NCBI GenBank assembly: GCA_977862235.1
Contig: OZ374560.1
Coordinates: 1,860,001 to 1,924,000 of the forward strand
Direction of reading: 5' to 3'
DNA length: 64,000 nt
From: Dudresnaya verticillata
Taxonomy: Eukaryota
Under the pieces are notes generated by a model that was not told the DNA's origin, made no database searches, and saw nothing but the letters and a program-made list of their open reading frames with translations. The position numbers and the translations under genes are program-made. Positions 59,256 to 64,000 of the stretch are shown one piece after another. Every line of letters starts with the position of its first letter. The first letter of the stretch is position 1.

Positions 59256-61879
59256 TGTGGCATAGACGTCAGGTCGAACTGACGTCTAGCTGCGCTGGTC
59301 GATCAGTCGCACCGAGACCCGTCGAAGGGTGGTAGCTGTGGTGGTAGAGCGGCGGTGTCGGCCGCGCGCGCCGTCGACGGTCGCGGATCAACGGCGTCGA
59401 AGCCTGAGCGCGCACGGGGCGTACCGTACGCGGGCGGCAGCGGCCGGATCCCTGCGTCCTCGTCGTGGGGCGGCACGAAGCCGACGGTAAGGAAAAGAAA
59501 AGGAAAGCCTAGACGGCTAGGGAAAGAGGGAAGCCGTAGGGCGAAGGACTGGGAAAGAAACCCAAAGCAGAAAGGGCAAGCCTGGCGTAGGCTGGCTTGC
59601 CTGGTTTACTGAAGCCCAGAGGGGCGACTACTAGATATACTACAGGGCCTGCGGCGGCACCAACCCGGGAGGTGCGCCGGCGCGCCCCAACACGCGTCGA
59701 CGCGTACGGGTAACGGTAACCCGGGGGCGCCCGTAGGCAGAGCGGTCCACACGTACTCAACGGCTCGACGCCGGAGTGCGCGCGCGCGTGTCACGCACTC
59801 AACGGCTCTGCGCCGGAGTGCGTGCGCACAGCGCGCAGGACAGCAGGGCGTTCGACCGCCGCTTACACTAGACGGTGCTGTACACTACAAAACAATAAGC
59901 GTAGAAATTACATGGGAGTTTCAGTGTCACACGCGAACGCGTGCACACGTGGGCGCCACTGCGCACTCCCGTACAGTTCAGCGGGGCTTCGGCGCCACCG
60001 GCTGACAGCGTGCGCACAGCAGTGCACACGTGGCGCAGCTGGTCTTACAGCTGCGCGCGCCACTGCGCACTTCCTTACAGTTCAGCGGGGCTTCGGCGCC
60101 ACCGGCTGACAGCGTGCGCACAGCAGTGCACACGTGGCGCAGCTGGTCTTACAGCTGCGCGTTCGTGGCACAGCTGGTCTTACAGCTATGCCACACAACC
60201 CCCCCTCAAGCGCGAACGCCTCGGTCACGACCGTTACAACGCGCACGCTGTGGGGTGGCCAAGATGGCGCCCGGGATTGGCCAGCGGGCTCCCGGGCGTC
60301 CGTCGGTGACGGGCGTCGATGCCACGTCGGGTGTGCCCGCGCTGAGCCGCGACGGGCTATTTAGGGAGCCACCTCTGCGGCTCCGAGGGGTGGGGGGGTG
60401 GTCTGGTCATCGCTCACCACGACCACCAACACTCCCTCCCCCACGCGTACAGCTGCCTGTCGACCAGTGCCATACGCTCCAAGCTTTCGACGCTCTCAAC
60501 TTCCTCCCCCATCGCCAGCGTCGATGCGGCGATGGAGTCACGCGAACCGATCGCGGACGGCGTCCCCGCCGAGGGGGCGCCGGTTACCAAGCCCACCTCC
60601 TCGACTGAGTCAGTCGTAGGGGGTGGACCTGCCGAGCCGGTGCCAAGGGCGCCGGCTGGCGGGGAGGCGCGGCCTTCGACGGCCGCGCCAACCGCAGAGC
60701 GACCTTCGACGGTCGCTGCAGAAGAGGCGCAACCTTCGACGGTTGACGCCAGAAGAAGCGCCCCCATCGACGGGTGCGCTGGGCAAGGCCGGACCCGCTC
60801 CTGCGCCGGCTTCTTTCGCCGGAGCGGGTGGCGTCGACGCCAACCCCACCCCAACGCCCGCCGCTGACGTCTGGTCAGAGGCGGTGGCCCTTGCTGCGGC
60901 GCAGGGCAAGAGAGTGAAGGACCCGAGTGGGGCGGCCTCTGCCGCCCCGCGCCCAGTAGCGGCGGCTCGGGTCCTTCAGCCGACTGGCCCGCCTCGCGCA
61001 GGGCCTACGGCCCACACGAGCACCCAACCCGCGTCGACGCGAGGAAGGGCACCCGCGGAGCAGCCTTCGCGCTCCGCGGTGCCGACGGTGGCGAGGGTGC
61101 TCGACCTGAGTCGGTCGAGGTCGCCCACGCCCTCCGGGTCGGGGAAAGTCCCCGCAGCGGCGGCACCCTTTGTGCCGCGCGATTCTGCTGGCACGGGGCC
61201 ATCGACGGCCCCGACGCCGTCTCCCGTGGCCTCTGCCAACGCAGAGGGGGAGGCCGCGGGCGTGGGTGAGTCCACCGCTGCGCCCGTCGTGCCTCTTGTT
61301 GGGGTGTCGGTCTCAGTCGGACCGCCCCTCATGGGCCAGGCGCCCCCTAGTCAGCACGCGCCCCCGACCGAGACGGTCTTCGCCTGGGGGGCGCCGCGCC
61401 ACCAGATCCCGCTGGATCAGTGGCGCGGGCTGCAGGAGCCTCGGGCAGACGTCCGGCGGCTCCTGCGGGTGGCCCACGCGAGCGTGGACGGAGGGGGCGG
61501 CAGCCTATGCCGCCTTCCTCCCGGCGGACGCCATAGTCTGGCTCACGCCGTTGGGGTTACCCTGCGACGTTTCTTACGTCGCCTCCCTTGAGGAGCTTCG
61601 GCGGGTGGACAGGGCAGCCGATTCCCTCTTCCTGACACCCGCCGATGAGTGGGCCCCGCCCCTACCTGCCACCATCCCAGAGATGCGCGCGGTGCCCGTC
61701 GACGAGCCCGTGGATCTCGCGCATCGTCTGGCCGATGCCGACTCTGCGCGCCGCCTCTTTGGGGTGTGCTTCAGGGAGCGGGACTGGGACGTGTGCAAGG
61801 CCCCGGGCGAAGGACGCCCGTCAAAGGGGTGCAAGTTGCACCCGGCGCTCGACGCGGCCTGGTTCCCATCGGCGGAGTG
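59256..61879 (-). mobile_element. 3' end of an LTR family D element (3' LTR 59256-60195, PPT 60196-60207, 3' internal region)
   Basis: Complete D LTR with GAGGGGGGGTTG immediately before it on the minus strand. Confidence 0.85.
60532..61879 (+). pseudogene. Antisense extra ORF of element D (Ala/Pro-rich part then Trp-containing globular domain), two frameshifts
   Basis: ORFs 60532..60867, 60623..61591 and 61170..62054 tile into one protein-like path; TATTTA at about 60357; cut by element A. Confidence 0.55.
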
Positions 61880-64000
61880 TGTGGTGCAATTCACCGGTGC
61901 TCATTTGCCTCAAATCGCGGACTCCCCGCCAGCAATGCACTTGGGGACTGCCCCTGTAAGGCGCCCGGCGTGTAAGCCCTGCGCGCCGGCGGGAACGGGT
62001 GGCAGATTATGGTGGCGGATCTTCGCTACTGTACGCACTGCCAGCCACCCTTAATTTTAGTTAATTTTAAATCCCTTTTCGCGTGTCACGAATCTCCAAA
62101 TGGCACGCTCCCTTCCCCACTTCATTTGCGGCGCACCCAGGTGTACATAGTATATTAGAGCTAGGGGCGCGCCCTCATTCACTAAACAAGCCAAGCTCGG
62201 GCTCTACGACACACACCTCCCTACCCTTGACCGACACCTTCGTCGTCAGGAGGGACTCCAGTGCGTGCGTACCCCTTCTTCATCATACAGAACCCTGTTG
62301 TCCCCTTTTTCCTTTGCTTTTCCGCTATTTTAGGGTTCCTCCCTTTTTCTTTCGTCTCGTGGCGTTTTACAGTCGCGCTACGGGGCAACTCCCCACGCTC
62401 TACCACACCACCCCCTACTACCGCTACCCGCGGGTCCCGAACGCCCGAGGTGTGTCCTCTGTTGTTGTTTTCAGCAGTGGATTTGCACCACATTTGGTCT
62501 CCCGACCTAGAAGTTCGGAAATTACGATTGGCTACGTTATCTACGCTACGGAACTACCGTTCTTCACATTCTACCTTCTACATACATCGCAGAATTTCTG
62601 CCATGCCACTCCGTCGACAGCCGTCCTCGGCAAGGCCCGCCCCATCGCAGCCCGGAGCTGCTGTGGTTACGCGAGCTCGTGTGCAGGCATTTCCTGCGGT
62701 CCAAGCCGCCTTTTCAGCAATGCCCAATGAGGGGGTTCCTCGTGCACCGCCCTCGGTGGAGATAGTACCTCCTACCCAGCCGGGGCTCTCCCGACTGGCC
62801 AGGTCCAAGGTGGGCAGCCGGCATCTCCGCCTTCGCTGCCCATTCCACCATCGCCGATTTCGGCATCACTTCCGCCTATTCGGGAATGGGGTGTCATCCC
62901 AAGTCATTCGGGATACACCCGTCACCACGCGGATATCCGCTCTGCCGTCTCGTCCGAACAATGTACATGGTCACCACAGAGGAACTCCTCATATCCTGAT
63001 CCGCCCCCTGCGGCGTGTCTTTCTCCATCCATGCGAGGGTCTGAGACAGTCTCGTTACCTTCGGAAGACTCGACCTGGTGCTCAGCCACCTCATCACGGA
63101 CCTTCGGGTCATCACAATCGTCAAGCGACAATTTCAGCAGGTGCTATTCACCTTCAGAGTCGTCATTAGACGCCTCCATGAGGTCATCCTCCTGTTCATC
63201 CTTGTGGTGTTCCACATCTTCGGACCTGTCCAACCCGTGGTCCGATGAAGAATCAGAGATAATCTCGTTAGCCGGCTGCCGCCAAGGTGAGCCTCTCGAC
63301 GCGTACGCGATGCACCGCGGAAAACCTGAGGATTACCTCATGACGACTCAACCGGATTTCCCGGAGTACACTGGGCATGAGCTATGCAGCCAGGACTCTA
63401 AACGTTGCGAGGCCACCATGGCACCAGTGGGCATCAGATGGAGACCTGCTTCAGAAACCGGGGAAAGACCCCTTGTACCCTCGCACGTTGAACTTCAACC
63501 TTCCGAGTCACAACCTGCGGAAGTCGGCACTGCCATTGAAATGGCAACTGACATTCCGGCTCATGGCTATGAGGAAATCCTCCCATATCGCGCCCCTCGT
63601 GTCCCTACGCGGAGAATCACGAGGCATTCCTCTGTACTGACAAGGGACTATGCCCTACGACGACCCTGGAGAAGACTTCCACAGCGTGCTAAGCGGGGAA
63701 TCCGCATCATGCGTAGACGGAATGCTGCGGTCTACGCCGATTTCGGCTTATCAAAGGTGTCGGTGACACGCTCTGTCACAGTGCTAGACACTTGTTCTGG
63801 CCCGAACTTTATTCGGCAGTCGGAGCTACAACGGGTACTCCTGAAAGAAGAAGAAACAGTGCGGTACGGTCCGCTGCTAGACTACCGAGACGAACGCGGA
63901 AAGCCGCTGAATACCTTCGGGATTACCAACCTTCATGTGGTCATCGGTGACATCCATACGGAGGTTGACTTCATCGTTGTTGGAGATCTCTCCGTACCTG
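61880..64000 (+). mobile_element. Second family A element, 5' part (LTR 61880-62492, PBS TGGTCTCCCGAC, gag/protease region)
   Basis: Reverse homolog of 32765 to about 29800, without the solo C insertion. Confidence 0.93.

Noticed and set aside
59941..60195. Repeats in LTR D (and C) as a CRISPR-like array
   Set aside because: Plain tandem duplications inside LTRs with no unique spacers; eukaryotic context.

Overview
Eukaryotic nuclear DNA. The intron-less compact genes, NB-ARC/WD40 relic, Golgi-type sulfotransferase and dense LTR nests suggest a florideophyte red alga such as Chondrus (inference only). There are three zones. (1) 1-34934 is a deep transposon nest. It holds two right ends of a CACTG-terminated (CACTA/CMC-like) DNA element, one next to a ParB-like + DPPY amino-methyltransferase gene and the other next to an NB-ARC-like/WD40 relic. 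It also holds a Copia, a Harbinger fragment, a full Gypsy and an RT-less chromodomain LTR element with several solo LTRs, most with readable target-site duplications (TSDs). A (TAAACCCC)9 telomere-like tract bracketed by a 72-bp duplication breaks a gene at about 9.4 kb. (2) About 35000-57000 is a gene island: three secreted Cys-rich proteins (two paralogous), tRNA-Ile(AAT), a compact Ski2-like helicase, a sulfotransferase and a decayed LINE. (3) 57314-64000 is the start of a second LTR nest. The best candidate novel system is a cargo-carrying CACTG element family with its own prokaryote-type ParB-DNA methyltransferase. All calls come from reading motifs by eye; no searches were run. LTR family letters A-I are my own labels.
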